DNA of 64,000 nucleotides from Phoronis australis. Taxonomy: Eukaryota > Animalia > Phoronida. Positions 51,501 through 64,000 of this stretch are shown piece after piece (within the stretch, counting starts at the first letter, position 1; each line of letters starts with the position of its first letter). Under the pieces are notes generated by a model. The model did not search any database and was not told the DNA's origin. It saw only the letters and a list, made by a program, of their open reading frames with translations. The stretch spans positions 230,954-294,953 of the forward strand of contig NMRA01000041.1 of NCBI GenBank assembly GCA_002633005.1, given 5' to 3'. The position numbers and the translations under genes are program-made.

Positions 51501-54500
51501 AAATATCCCCATGCTCCTATCCAATCTTTGTCAAGGTAGCAAAAGCAGTGTCAGCAGATTGTAGCTACAGAAACAGAAATGAATCTCCACATTTTAATCC
51601 ACTCTCCTTACCTATCATAGCGAACAGCTTTGTCAGACTGTATTCAGTGGCAATGTGATTTTGAATGGAGCCTCTAATTCCCAGACCTAACAGTTAACAT
51701 GATAACACATATTTTTGTTCAGTGATTGGAGCGTGATGTTTTGAAGGTACACAGGTCCAAGATTACATTGGTACCAGATTGATTTCAGAGATATTCCCTA
51801 CCTGGTTTGAACCTGTGCCCTTTGGACACACCTGATGATAAAAGTGTGCCTTTTTTCAAAATGTTGTGCCCAGCAAAATTAGTGTACCGGTATGTGATGC
51901 CGTTTCCTCTGTCAGAGAATAATTGAATGTCAAGGTCGCAGCTGGAGCTGAGGGAGGCATTGTCATTTGTAAATAGGAATGGTAATTTATGATCGAATAT
52001 TCAAGTATGTGAAAACCCAAGTGGCCCGTTAAATTGGTCTCATTCTCATAAAATCTATTACCTATTTTTTTTCACGATTGGCTATAAGTTGACTGGAATC
52101 TTGCATTTTTGAAAAACTTGCATTTTAAGATGTGCCTGGGGAGCACACTACTGCAATGTTCTTGCACCTTTTAATTTTTTTATGAGCTGCAGGCGCTGTT
52201 CAGGAATATCCCTGGATTTCGAAATCACACTACGGTCCCAACTAATTTGGGTTTTACATCAAAATCAAGTTGGAATGACTGATCACTTTGAAGGCTTATT
52301 GATTTCAGAAATATCTGGGGGGATATACGGAAACTAGATTCAAGTCATATTCCCAGCTGAATCACATTTTGCAATTCATAGTTGCATGAATAAATATTCC
52401 AGCCATTAAATATGGAAAACTGTGTCACAGTCATGAATGTTTATCAATAAGATACCAAGTGTGTACAATCAAGACTCTAGTTTCAAAAGGTCATTGTGCC
52501 AGGTAATGGTGACATTACCTGGACTCATTGTTACTTTATGTACTATGCAAACTCTTTTCTGATGACCAAACTCACAATCTGTAAATTTTCAGTCAGGTCA
52601 GGCCTCTCAAGCCAGGGTACAGAACTGTATTTCAACTGGCAAATGTGCCTAATCGCACAAAGGCCGCACAGATACCACAATGCTGATCACAGTCCTGTTT
52701 GGGCAATTTAGCAATATTAAAGCTCATGGGACAATCGCAGAAAAAACAGTGCTGTTTGTATAACTGTACCTTTCTTAGATAGCACTATTCTGCTTCATCC
52801 AACCTCTTTATGCACAATTTGGGTATTGGACAGTGGCAGTGTGTTTGTGTAAACAAGTAAATAGCATTTCAAGGCTGTGGGCAAACATTCTCCTAGTGCC
52901 CAGATGACGTTGGTAGGTAGTAAGCCTAGGTAAGTTTTGGACACACTGTTTTCCAAATATCCATCACGGGATTGTCGGGATCAGTTTTAAAGTGAAACTC
53001 AAAGAACGTGTAGTGTCGTACATGACAGATTAGCTCTTCAACTATTTCTGAAGGAATGTTCAATTTTTGCCTTCAAAGACTTGTGAAAGACAAGAGAGAA
53101 CAACTCAAACATATCTCTTGGGATCAAACTTGGATGTTTGATGGCTTTGTGTTCCAGGCCGTAGTTGTGTGCAGTGTGCAGCGGTCAATTTGAATGGAGG
53201 CTAGATGCAGAAATAGTGGTTGTCATAGCAACATCAGAGATACCCTCTGGCGAAGGTGTTTTATGAGGTAAAGGCACCACGATTCAAGGCGTACAAATCT
53301 CCGTTTTACAGATTTGTTAGAAATAATCCTTACTACAGCCGATTTCATTTACTTCATGCGATTTCCATAAAGATCTAATTTCAAGTATTGACCAACATTG
53401 AGAATTCCCCCTTGACAGTAGCCAGTATTGAAGAGATGTAGTAATTGTGCGCACAACAGATGCAGTGGCTGCAACACTTCACAGAGACAAAATGATTGCT
53501 GAAGTATGGTTTAATTGCAAGTAATATTGACTCAGTCAGGACCATTTACCTGAAAACTGCATGTGCAAACACACACTGCAGTAGACAAATGATAATTGTT
53601 GACCACTAGTGCAGATAGAGAGAAAGAGAAACGAGGTACGATAACATCTCACCAATTAAGGACACAATATGGTGGATTGGTGGAATTTGAATTTTTCATG
53701 ACAAATATTACTTGAACATTTAAGATCTTCGCTACAGCTAATAAATGACATTTTTGAAAAAAACGTGGGCATTCACAATGGGGCACACCCTTGAAAAATG
53801 AAAAAGTAGAATTTTGGGAATTAATTGTTGTTCAAAATGAGTAATATCTTACCCATTCTATTAAGAGCAATGTGCAATGTGTAAACATGTTATGCACGGT
53901 TAATGGGTACGTGTGCATTGGTGCTTCCTGAGGAGGGTGTATGACAGCCGGAGTCCAAGCCGACACAGGAGGGATGGTGCCAAGTTCCACATAAATGAAA
54001 TAACGCCAGTTGTCTAACGAACATCTATTACTGTCTAGATGCCAGTATTCCTGACGTCACAGCCAAGTGTATTTATCATTATGGATTCGTCATTAAAGAG
54101 GTAAAGACATAGTCATTATCCGCCCAAATGACTGACAAATAAGTCTGCAAACACAAGCTCGTCTCTGTGTGACTAATGAAGAAGAACGTGCTAAGGCAAC
54201 AGTTACTAGCGCCTCTGTAGATAAACTTCAGAGATCAATAATGTCAGTCCGCATTCCCCCAAAAATGTGAAGAAGCAGTGGATGGTCAATTAACCGGGGA
54301 CTTGGTGGTGTTGCTCTAGGATCGTTTTTCACTGATGACGTTCAAACCAGGTACCGCTAGTTATTTCAGCCAGTGCTTCAGACAGATATTGTTTCCATTA
54401 CTACTATTTGAACCAGGCAGAATTTCCAAGCCAGTTGGCAATCAATCTCAGGGAAACTGTTTTTGCGTTTAAGTTTCCATTCTGCACTATCTAGATGATG

Positions 54501-57500
54501 CACCGGAATTGTATTCAACGGTACCCTAGTATACTATTCAGATTATGACAATAAAAACAAAATCCTAAACTTATGTTAGCTATATCGACAAAAAATTTGA
54601 TTTTGTTTGAGCAAAAGATGGTTGAGAATCAGAAACCCTAAAGTAACCTTGTGTTTCTCAGGAATAATGGACATTTGGACAAAAAGCAAAATTGGTTCGA
54701 TTTGCTGTTATTTTTTGAAAATCTAGTTGGTAGTACAGTACTTTTAGTTGCACATTTTTTCAAAATAAGAAAATCCACCTGAAACGAGCAAAATATGATC
54801 ATGCTGGATTCGTCTTTTTCTACTCATCGCTTGTCAAACGATGGGATTTCAAATGTTGCTTACAAGCTTTTGTGCAACTTTGCTGAAATCAATACGGTGG
54901 ACGTTGTATTTTTAGTCAGCGAGCACAGGTCTTAAAATGAGTAGGGGTGAATTCAACTTTCATTTTTGCCCTGGTAAGAAATTAGTTTCAAGTTGCACAA
55001 ACACAACTTATAGAATGGTGCTAAGGTTGCAGAGATAGTAACATGAACACGAAAAATAATCACCACAGAAATCTTTTGGAGATGAACAACTGAACAAAGT
55101 GATTTTGTGTCCAAAAATCAACTTCATTGCTGTCTACAGCATCCTCATTCTTCAGTCACAGACATGTTGTAAGAGGCAACCTAACCATTACATCAACAGT
55201 TAGGCAAATAGAACCGAAGCCCCATAATGCTTCTGTAGACAGCTAATCGACTTGAAACATTTCATCGCTCTTTTTAAGTATCAAAAATTGAGAAAATAAC
55301 ACAAAAATAATAATAACAATAATAATAACGATAGTAATTATAATATTAGTTGCAGTAACATTAGTAGTGGTACTTAGCAGTACTTTTGTGTAATCGATTT
55401 CAGTACGAGGTAAATGACAATGAGACAGATGATTGCCTGCTAAATAGCTAAGTCAAAAGTCTCATTTAAAACTGACTTCAACAAAGCTGTTTCGCTATGG
55501 GTCTATAACTGCTCTAAGGCTTTCAACAAACAGTCATTAACAACAAAATGGTAATAGGCAGATAAAACATAAACACAATATATGGTGCATGGCATCAGGT
55601 AAACTATCCTGAGATTTAATTATCCTATGTTCATTTATTGAATGTTACCAAGAGTCTATGGTGCTAGAAGGTATATTTGGTACCGTAAAATTACCATTAA
55701 CTTTCCCAGTCACACAATGTTTTCAGCATAACAGTAATGCTAAATTAAGTCAAGTTTCCAGTGCCCGTGTCAGTCGGTTGCAGACACTTTCCACCTCTTT
55801 TTGGAAAAAATACTGTGCATCCTTTACTGGTAAACATGGTGCAGCTGTCAATGACAGCTGAAATTCTCAATTTTTTAATCAATCAATGCGTCCTAAGAGA
55901 ACATTAATTTTCTGATTTGAGCAAATGGTGCGATTTCAAATTAGTTTGACTATCACTACCTGGCCACAGCTTCAAATTAGCATCACAGTGAAGTGGGAAC
56001 GTTAACTGAGAATATCTGACATGACAGATGCTGTGCTGGGTCCAATTTCAATTCTCAAGCAGTTAGAAAATTGAAAGGTTTCTATCTCACACACTATGTA
56101 ATTTGCTTTTCGCAGAATCTCATCTCAAAGCTTATTATTGCACCTTGATACTCTTTTCTTTCCCTGGATCACTCTTATTTCCACTAATTTAATATTCATG
56201 AATTCATTCTTATTTTAGGGTCACTGTTTCCGTGAATATGCATGTGCCACAGACATCACCTAGTCAACTTCATCATGAACGTTCATTCACATTCTGTCTG
56301 CCATTAGATTATTTGGTGTATGTTCGCATATACACCTATCTTATCCAAAGCAAAACTGAACATACAGTAAAATTTCACCAATAGGGTGGAAAAGCATTTT
56401 TTTTGTAAAAGGTAATGATGCAACAATATCAATTCAATGGTTTACCATTTTCAAATTCTGTGCAATCACATGGATTGACAATATTTGAAAATGTGCAAGT
56501 CTGACAATTATTTTTGTCAGAAATTGAGATTTTACTGTATTTGCATATATAATTGATAAAAAAATCTTCTAGATGAACTTACCTGAAAAGGTAAAATGTT
56601 ACCGTTATTGCAGATAAAGGCACTACAATTTACGATCATATCCTTCATCAAGACGGTACAACAGAAAAGTATCTCCATTCAATTTCAAGTTAAGAACATG
56701 GCCCCACACATTTGGGAAAATAATTACCTTTCATTTTTTAAAGCAAAAATAAGGACTAGCTCTATCACAGCAAAAGGTGAGATGTTAACAAAAGACATTG
56801 CATAACAGTGGGTAGGCAAAATCTACATGTAGCCCATTGGAGGCCACGGTTCTGGAATTCTTTCTTACTGGTGAGGATAGTACATCGGTATAAGTGAGCA
56901 GGTGTGCATAGCTAGAAGTCAGAAGAACAGGTATACATCTGGCGCCTGTTTTACCACACACGAAAAACACGCACATAGTTGACTCCGTAAGCGCAGAGTA
57001 AATACTCACAATTAAAGTGAGTATTTGGGTATGGAGTGGTGACTTTTCGGTGAGAAGAGAGCTCTTCGTTTGTGAGGTTTCATGGCATTTCGATTCACAA
57101 AGCACACAATAAAACTTAGCCATTGATTACCTAACATCAGAAGCGACAGAGAGGCAACTCCTCAAAATTGCCACTGTACAACTGCAATAAAAATTCTCCA
57201 GTTTGGCGAAAGTCCAAAATTTGGGAATAGTCTAAAAACTGGGACACTGAAATTCAAGCGAAATTGTTTTTCCTTGATTCTGAAGATTGGGATATCTGTA
57301 ACTTTGGCGTTCACCATATTTCTCGAATATCAGACACTATATATTGATTCAACAAAGTCTTAGATAAAATTGTCAAACATAGCCATCAATGCAAAATTTT
57401 TTTGTTCTGGTAATTTATGAATTTGGGATGGCCGGTATTACCTAATTCTAAAATTTGGTACGAGCTCAACTTGAAGCTAAATAATTAAATTTTCAATGCT

Positions 57501-58036
57501 CAAACTGAAGAACTTTCACCGTACCTGGCCAAATGTGTAAGACTTTAATAACACATTTTTATTGCAATTTGGGTTTTCAGAAATTCTGAGATGCACTAGG
57601 TCACATGACAGGAAGATTAGGATTTTTTAACTACAGCATTTGACATGTCAAGCTATCTCTGCAGCTAAGGTGAATCTTTGTTTACATAAAGGTATTTATA
57701 TGGTGGAGGATGAAAATAGATCTGTAAAGTGTGGCACCCTTTCTGATGATTTCCTGAACAAACAGCAAACACTCTTGAGGTTTATTATCTGTCCACGAAG
57801 AACGATTTTCCACTGAGCAAGTGCATCAATTTTCTGACACTGAAGTTCTAGTGGCTGCAGCACATTGCATCAACATCTAAACAGTGCTGTAGAAACGCCT
57901 CACTACACTGGTTGAAATTGAAATCAGGAAATGTTGAATATTTTTCAGGTCCGTTAAAAGAACACATGGGTGGAGCTTCCAAGAGTACAGTGGCATGCCT
58001 ATTCAGACATGAAGACAGCGGATTACCTGCAGAAAG

Positions 58037-61000
58037 ATGTTGACTAAATTATTGTTGTGGTGGCAAAACCATTGTTGCCACATGGTGCTGGCGTATAAAC
58101 TGTTTGTGTGTTCCTTGGTGATGCTAGCGTCCCACACTATTCCCACTATGGCTGCCAATAGAACGCAGGAGTACTTAGGACTGGGGCTGGAGTTGAACGC
58201 CTCGTTCTTTAGACTTGAACCGCCATCGGTGAACCAGCTCATCGAGGATCATACAATATTCATTCGTCTCAACGTTTCACGATCTTTCCAGAGGAAGCTC
58301 ATGGCCCTGCAGCAGTATAACTATACCTCTGTTATACATGTCATGCCTATGGATGCTGACATTGCCTTTCCACAGCCGCATCCGAATGTCAAGTTCAAGA
58401 TGCCTGACTCACACACGCAGGAGATTGCGTTCAACATCAATCCTTCGATTGGTTCTGTCAACCAGTTCTCAGTGACTGGACTACACGTCGGACGGACAAC
58501 ATTTAAAATACATATACTAATACTCAACTCAGGCGAGGTCGAGGACACGGTGGAATTAAATAAGTTTGGTGTCAGCATAGTGCGCAAGCAGCGTCTTGTC
58601 GACATTGCCTTCAATACGATGCTCTCTGTGATAACTCTGCTAAACAGCTATGCCATCGGATGTCTCACGGATCTCGGAGTAGTGAAGACTCACTTTCACC
58701 GACCTCTGGTCTACAGGGTAGTCCTGGGTGCATGTAGTCAATTTATTGTCATGCCACTGGTAAGTCAGTTGCCTTGTGAAAACCACATCAAGAAAATCTA
58801 GAACTTGAAGAGAACTGTTTTGCTATCTGAGCACTAGGTACCAATAAGTCCAAGATTCTTTGCCTAAATTATTTGACCTCCTGTTCATCTCAACATCAGA
58901 GATATTTTTTCAGCAAAGGGATTTCATTTGCAATAGGAAAAGATTAAGTAAACATTTCTGTTAACAGGTTAAGCAAAACATCAATTTGGACATGCAGTAA
59001 TTTACAGAACTAGTGAAGTGTAAAATTTAATACCTGTTTATTAGGGTAGCAGATGTTAACTAAGGTCAAAGCAAAAACCAATGTCTTCACTCTCATACTA
59101 AAGTTCCCATTCTCATGAATAAACATAAGCACATTGTTGGCTCTGAGTGAAGCCCCAATTTTCAATACTGTTCACAAAGTACAACACAAAAATGTGCTAT
59201 CCACACAAATCAGAAATGAAGGCACAGAAAATTTTTGATAAATAATGCTTTAGAAAATGTAGTTTATTAAATTTTAACTAAGGACGAGTTTTCCACATTG
59301 TTTCACTTGAATATACCTAGTCCCAATTTAAAGAGGTACGATTGGTTTTATGGTCAAAAAATGAATTTTCAGATTGTTATTCCGTGAAGTTATTTGCTTT
59401 GACTAGAGCTATAAAACAACAAAATCCATTACAAATTGTCAATTTGCAATGTTGGCTGACAGTCATTTGCTGAAATTGCACCTGGTGGCTTTCGCAGTTA
59501 AATACCCTTAAATATCCTGATAGTTAGTTACCAAGGGGGGTTTAGCTCCAATAGCAATTGCGACTGCTGAGGTCATGAGGCTGATCTAAAAAATCACTTT
59601 TTAGCCAACTGTGTCACTTTAAGAGACAACCTCGTGGTTTTGACTTTCCGAAAATAATTTTACCTTAAGAAAAGAAAATTTACCAATACGCAAAATGTAC
59701 TGATTTAAAGCCACTTTTGAAAGCCATTACTTAAATACATTTTGAGGCAAAACCTTTTTGTTTTGCTTTTTAATCAAAGAGTTCGGGTTCCTAATGACAC
59801 CTAATGGAGTTCATTGACTGCTCCAGAGGGAAGATTTGCTTCAACAGAAGATTTGCTCCAGCTGACTTGATTCATTCCAGCTTAATGTTTGTCATTTCGA
59901 CTTCACCTAATTATCTCTACATGATGGGTTTTTAATTTTCAAAATTCACGTTGGTCTTCTCTAGCTGCTGGTTTCATGCGAAGAAACTCTAAGTCGTTGG
60001 CAAGGTGCCAGATTTTTAAAAGGTTTAACTGTGACAAAAATAGAGATTAAGAAAACTTAAGCCTATTAACAGCATAGTTTGTAGTACGTAGATGTCACAA
60101 AACAACATTTGATGAAGTTTCCATAATCGGAAGCAGTCTAACCAGTTTTTCAAAAATGGAAAATAACAATTACTATAGTTTTATAATTGCAACACCAAAC
60201 CTGTTCTCAGAACAACTGGAAACTGATACCATCAATGGAATTCACACCAGTTTCTCCATGAGTCTAGATTTCTGTCTTATATTATTTAGAGTTATAAACA
60301 GATTTTCTGACATTGGGCTTTAGCCTGTTTTCGCAAAACAGACTAATTTTTAGCCATACGACAATAGACTATTCAAAAAACATCCCCCTGATTGTATAAC
60401 TCATAGTTGGTTCTCCAAACAAATGCTTCAACACTGCAGTTCTACACAATAGCTACCATCAGATGTTTTGAGAGAAACTGTGACCATTCACAAAATCAGT
60501 CTGAAGGCTTATAAAAACGAAAAAGGGTCAATTTTGACGATTATCGTCTTACATGCTGATCATCATTTTCTAACCTGATTAGGGGTAATGGTGAGATCGA
60601 TTTTATATGTTTAGTCAGAGTACAGCTTAAATCAGAAATAGAAATTCGGGGTTTAGCACCCCTTTAAGACTTATGACCATCATTTTACGTTTGAAAGAAA
60701 TGAAAACAATTCAATACATCCAAAACAATTAATCACGCAAACACGTGTGAATAAGTGATATATGGTACATACACAGGTGTGCCAAATGACTGAAACAGCA
60801 CAAAGACGTGTACTAATGTTACGTAGTTTATCAAACTTCAATCAAAATATTGATGTTGACGAACAAAAAGTTGAAAATAAATAATTACACTTTTTAAAGA
60901 TCACAACAATAAGACAGAATGGATGTGTCAGAAAAACTACATAGTATCATTTACAAAAGCCACTTTTATACAGAGAGTTGTCACTGCGTCATTTGTTATG

Positions 61001-64000
61001 GCGCGACTTCCTCCACTTAAGTCGCATTTACACAACATTTTATTGACGTTTTATCGCAAACTGGATCAGCACGAGTCCCTAACATGGGCATGCTCGCATA
61101 AAAAATAGAAAACGTCCAAACCACGTAGAAAGCCAGTGGATCAACCGTATATATTATTGCGGAAGTGCATTAAAAGATGATCCCTTTCCACCCTGCACCA
61201 GTTGTGTTTAGGTGTGTAATTGAAACTGGAGTAACTGATCAAGTGCAACTCCCTTTAGCTCTCAAACCAGTATAAACAATGGCTGCCACCCTGTTAACTT
61301 GCTCTGTGTCAGTCATGTTTACACACACACTTGTGCCTGATCAGCAGTTCCATGTTAGGTGCTCTGTGACAACTGTCTGCCATGTAAATGCAACTAAAAG
61401 ACTATGCCTATCGTAACTCTTATGTAGGACCTTATCGACAAGTCTGGCAATTCAGCCAATATCTACAAAAACTATAAGATTCAACTACTTTTCCAAAAAG
61501 TAGAAAACTTGCAGAATTTGATTTTTGATGTCACCCAATCTGCCTTGAATTGGGACCCGTAACCATGGCTTTTAAGTAAAATTAATCAATATAAAGACAG
61601 CTACATTCATAGCAAAACAATAAATTTTGTTTACCGGTAAATATATAAGCGTTCAAGATGAAATCTCAAACACACTGTTACGGTTTTCTGAATCGTCGTT
61701 TTTTGTTTTATGCGACTTGTTAGTTCCTTCATATCTCCTCCATGACCAGTTCAGAAACTAATCCTAACAGCAAGACAAAAATCAATTTCTGGACTTTTTT
61801 ATATACCGGTAAATGGTAACGTAACGTCCCCATCTCGGAGGCTTTCACAGTTCGTCAGAAGCCGAAATGCTGACGTGTCTGCATTGAGGGAGATTGTTGT
61901 AAACGTGGATTGTGACATAATTTCTTAAAAGTAGTCGCATAAAAGTAGGATTTATCAACACCGTTGCCCTGTCTACGGACATAATTATGACTCAGCTGAG
62001 TTCATTCACCTTTGCTCATAAGACCATGATTTTTCTATGGAAAATGTGGTGATCTGTGGTATGAGAGAGGCGGTTCATGAAAGAATTGAGTCCCCCAACC
62101 TCAACAGAAAAGGAGGACTGAGATGTACTGTTTAGAATAATGTATTGCGTTACCAAACAAAGAAATTATGTCACAACCCACGTGACAACAATCTCCTCAA
62201 AGCTGATGCGACAGCACTTCGGCTTCAAACGATCTGTAGAAGTCTCAGAGGTGGGGACGTTATGTTACCATTTATATAAAAATGTCCAGAAATTGATTTT
62301 TGTCTTGCTGTTAGAATTTTTTCTCAACTGGTCTTCTAAAGGAAGTAAAAAAGATCTAAAGAGTCGCGTATAACAAAATGACAATTTAGAAAACTGTAAC
62401 AACATTTTTGAGATTTCCTCTTGATCATTTTTATTAATTCATTTATTTTTGTTTTGTTTTGCATTATGCCTTAACTGGATGAGTAACAAACATTCAATAA
62501 TTGCTAACACCTGACACTGTTCTGGAAAACAGTCCATATACCGTAGTACCCGAACATTCCATATGAATCCGATCAGCCATTTCTGACATGCGATGTTCCG
62601 AATTAAGCAAACTTTGACCATTTTCCTACGATCCTACTTAACTTCAAGTATGTTATTTACTTATAGCCATTAATGAATTAAGTTTCACTTTGTCAAAATT
62701 TTTCACAAAAATAAACATCATTTATTTCCACAATCTCAAACAGTGTAGTTGGGTAGTAGCCCTTCGTATGGAGTCTGTCCTGGAATGCCCATGGTTGCTA
62801 CATAGTATCCTATTAACTACAGAGGCTCACCAATCAATAATCCTGAATTTTGTCAGCCAAGCAATGGCAGTGAACTTGGGAATTGAACAGGTGCTAAAGC
62901 ATGCAATCACAGACTTTGTAATTGGCAGGTGTTCAGGATAAATACTCACATCACATATGTGCAGACAATAAGTGGAACAATTCCTAGAACATTGTTTAGA
63001 ACGCATTAATAACTTAAGAAATAATGAAACAGAATCTAATTTGTTATGCTACAACGATATCTCAACAACTTTGCATAAAAATAATCGCCAAAATTTGTCT
63101 TCTCTTCATTTTACAATGTCTCAAACCATTGGGCTGTTCGATTTGTTTCTTTGGAAATCCCAGCTGAGATGCAAAATCAGACCGCTACAACTTAAAAGAA
63201 AAATGGTTAATCTTGTTAGTGAGTATTTGTTTGCAGGCAGGCATACCGGTATTATATGATCCAAACCCTACATCATAATATTAATGAAGAGCTCACAACA
63301 GCAAGTTGCGCACTGAATAATATTGACTAGCCAAGCATAATCATATTCTGCCACTTTCGTTGATGACGTAAAATGCAAGCGAATGCATTCTGCAATTCGA
63401 TAAAATCATGGAATAGACAAAACGTGTTCTGAAGAGATTTAAAACTCAGGCACAAAGGACTGATCATCAATTCTTGTCCACTTAAACCTACTGAACCAGT
63501 CTCTTGGGTTTTGCTTCATCACAAGTGTGGGATAAAAACCAAGCTCAATTTTTTTCACAGATGGCATTTGCACTTGCTCAAATACTCAGTCTGGAGCCAG
63601 GAAGCTTACATAACAACCTAGCACTTGGACTGCTGTTTGTGTCCTGCATACCAGGTGGCGGTATGGGTCATCTTCTAGTCATAATCATTGGCAATGCTGA
63701 CAAAGAGCTCAGTATGGCCATGAATCTCATCAGTACTACGGCTGTAATTGGTGAGTATTACATCTTGATCCTCCCAATAATAAAAATTATGGTACCAGGA
63801 TTTTCNCAATAATTGCTCGACAAAAAAAACCAATCGCCAAAACTTTAGCAACAGAAACGGCATTATCGAATTGCGCCCTGGCGCTACTAACACTACGATT
63901 TACTCTAGAGCAGCCGGACGCTGACGTCATCTCCACCATGGCCATGTGGGTCTTGCTGTTCAGCCCACTGCCATTCGTGTTACTGCTCATAGTTCACAAG
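58037..64000 (+). CDS. SLC10-family (sodium/bile acid symporter-like) transporter with signal peptide and extracellular N-terminal domain (SLC10A3/A5-type architecture); partial
   Basis: Exon 57949-58759 (CDS from ATG 58037 or 58082; ...VTGLHVGRTT...VSIVRKQRLVDIAF...GACSQFIVMPL|gtaagt), exon 63561-63750 (MAFALAQIL...CIPGGG...DKELSMAMNLIST|gtgagt), then after the gap at 63806 an open frame (AKTLATETALSNCALALLTLRFT...) matching the SLC10 ETGxQN region. Middle exons are lost in the gap. Confidence 0.9.
59332..59617. mobile_element. Degenerate TTAA-flanked MITE (Kolobok-like)
   Basis: ttaa|agaggtacgattggtt ... agccaactgtgtcact|ttaa, weak inverted termini. Confidence 0.3.

Noticed and set aside
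47800-53560. Additional minus-strand AG|GT sites at ~47807 (ttttttcag|gtattt) and ~53549 (ttttcag|gtaaat)
   Set aside because: Weaker donors and nearby upstream AGs; compatible with chance in AT-rich DNA.
56785-57123. 112-aa minus-strand ORF near the ratchet site
   Set aside because: No recognisable domain or supporting exon structure.
30034-57900. SHLD3-like nested coding exon as in the human TRAPPC13 locus
   Set aside because: No ~250-aa minus-strand ORF or recognisable SHLD3 motif; a spliced or gap-hidden version cannot be excluded.
63751-63812. Unusually short SLC10 intron or missing transmembrane segments
   Set aside because: Explained by the assembly gap at 63806, not biology.

Overview
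Eukaryotic, AT-rich, intron-rich animal DNA, probably a marine invertebrate (inference from gene content and repeats). Single 'n' characters at 13352, 42479, 43677 and 63806 mark assembly joins. Most ORFs in the supplied track are spurious; the real genes were rebuilt by hand from splice sites. (1) CCM2/malcavernin, + strand, about 12 coding exons, ~1309-11065. (2) TRAPPC13, - strand, 11 coding exons found at 30033-15578, tail-to-tail with CCM2; its conserved first coding exon was not found. (3) A divergent SLC10 (sodium/bile acid symporter family) gene, + strand, from 58037, broken by a gap and running off the window. (4) The probable first coding exon (M-A-P) of an unidentified divergent gene at the left edge. 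Introns hold minisatellites, a tRNA-derived SINE family, MITEs and a Kolobok-like deletion derivative. The most interesting signals concern splicing (13-nt and 9-nt microexons, a duplicated donor, candidate poison exons, an exon-flanking inverted repeat, a near-perfect recursive-splice site) and the loss of several Na+-coordinating residues in the SLC10 protein. No prokaryotic-type system (CRISPR, operon) is present. Homology calls are from recall of the human proteins, not database searches.
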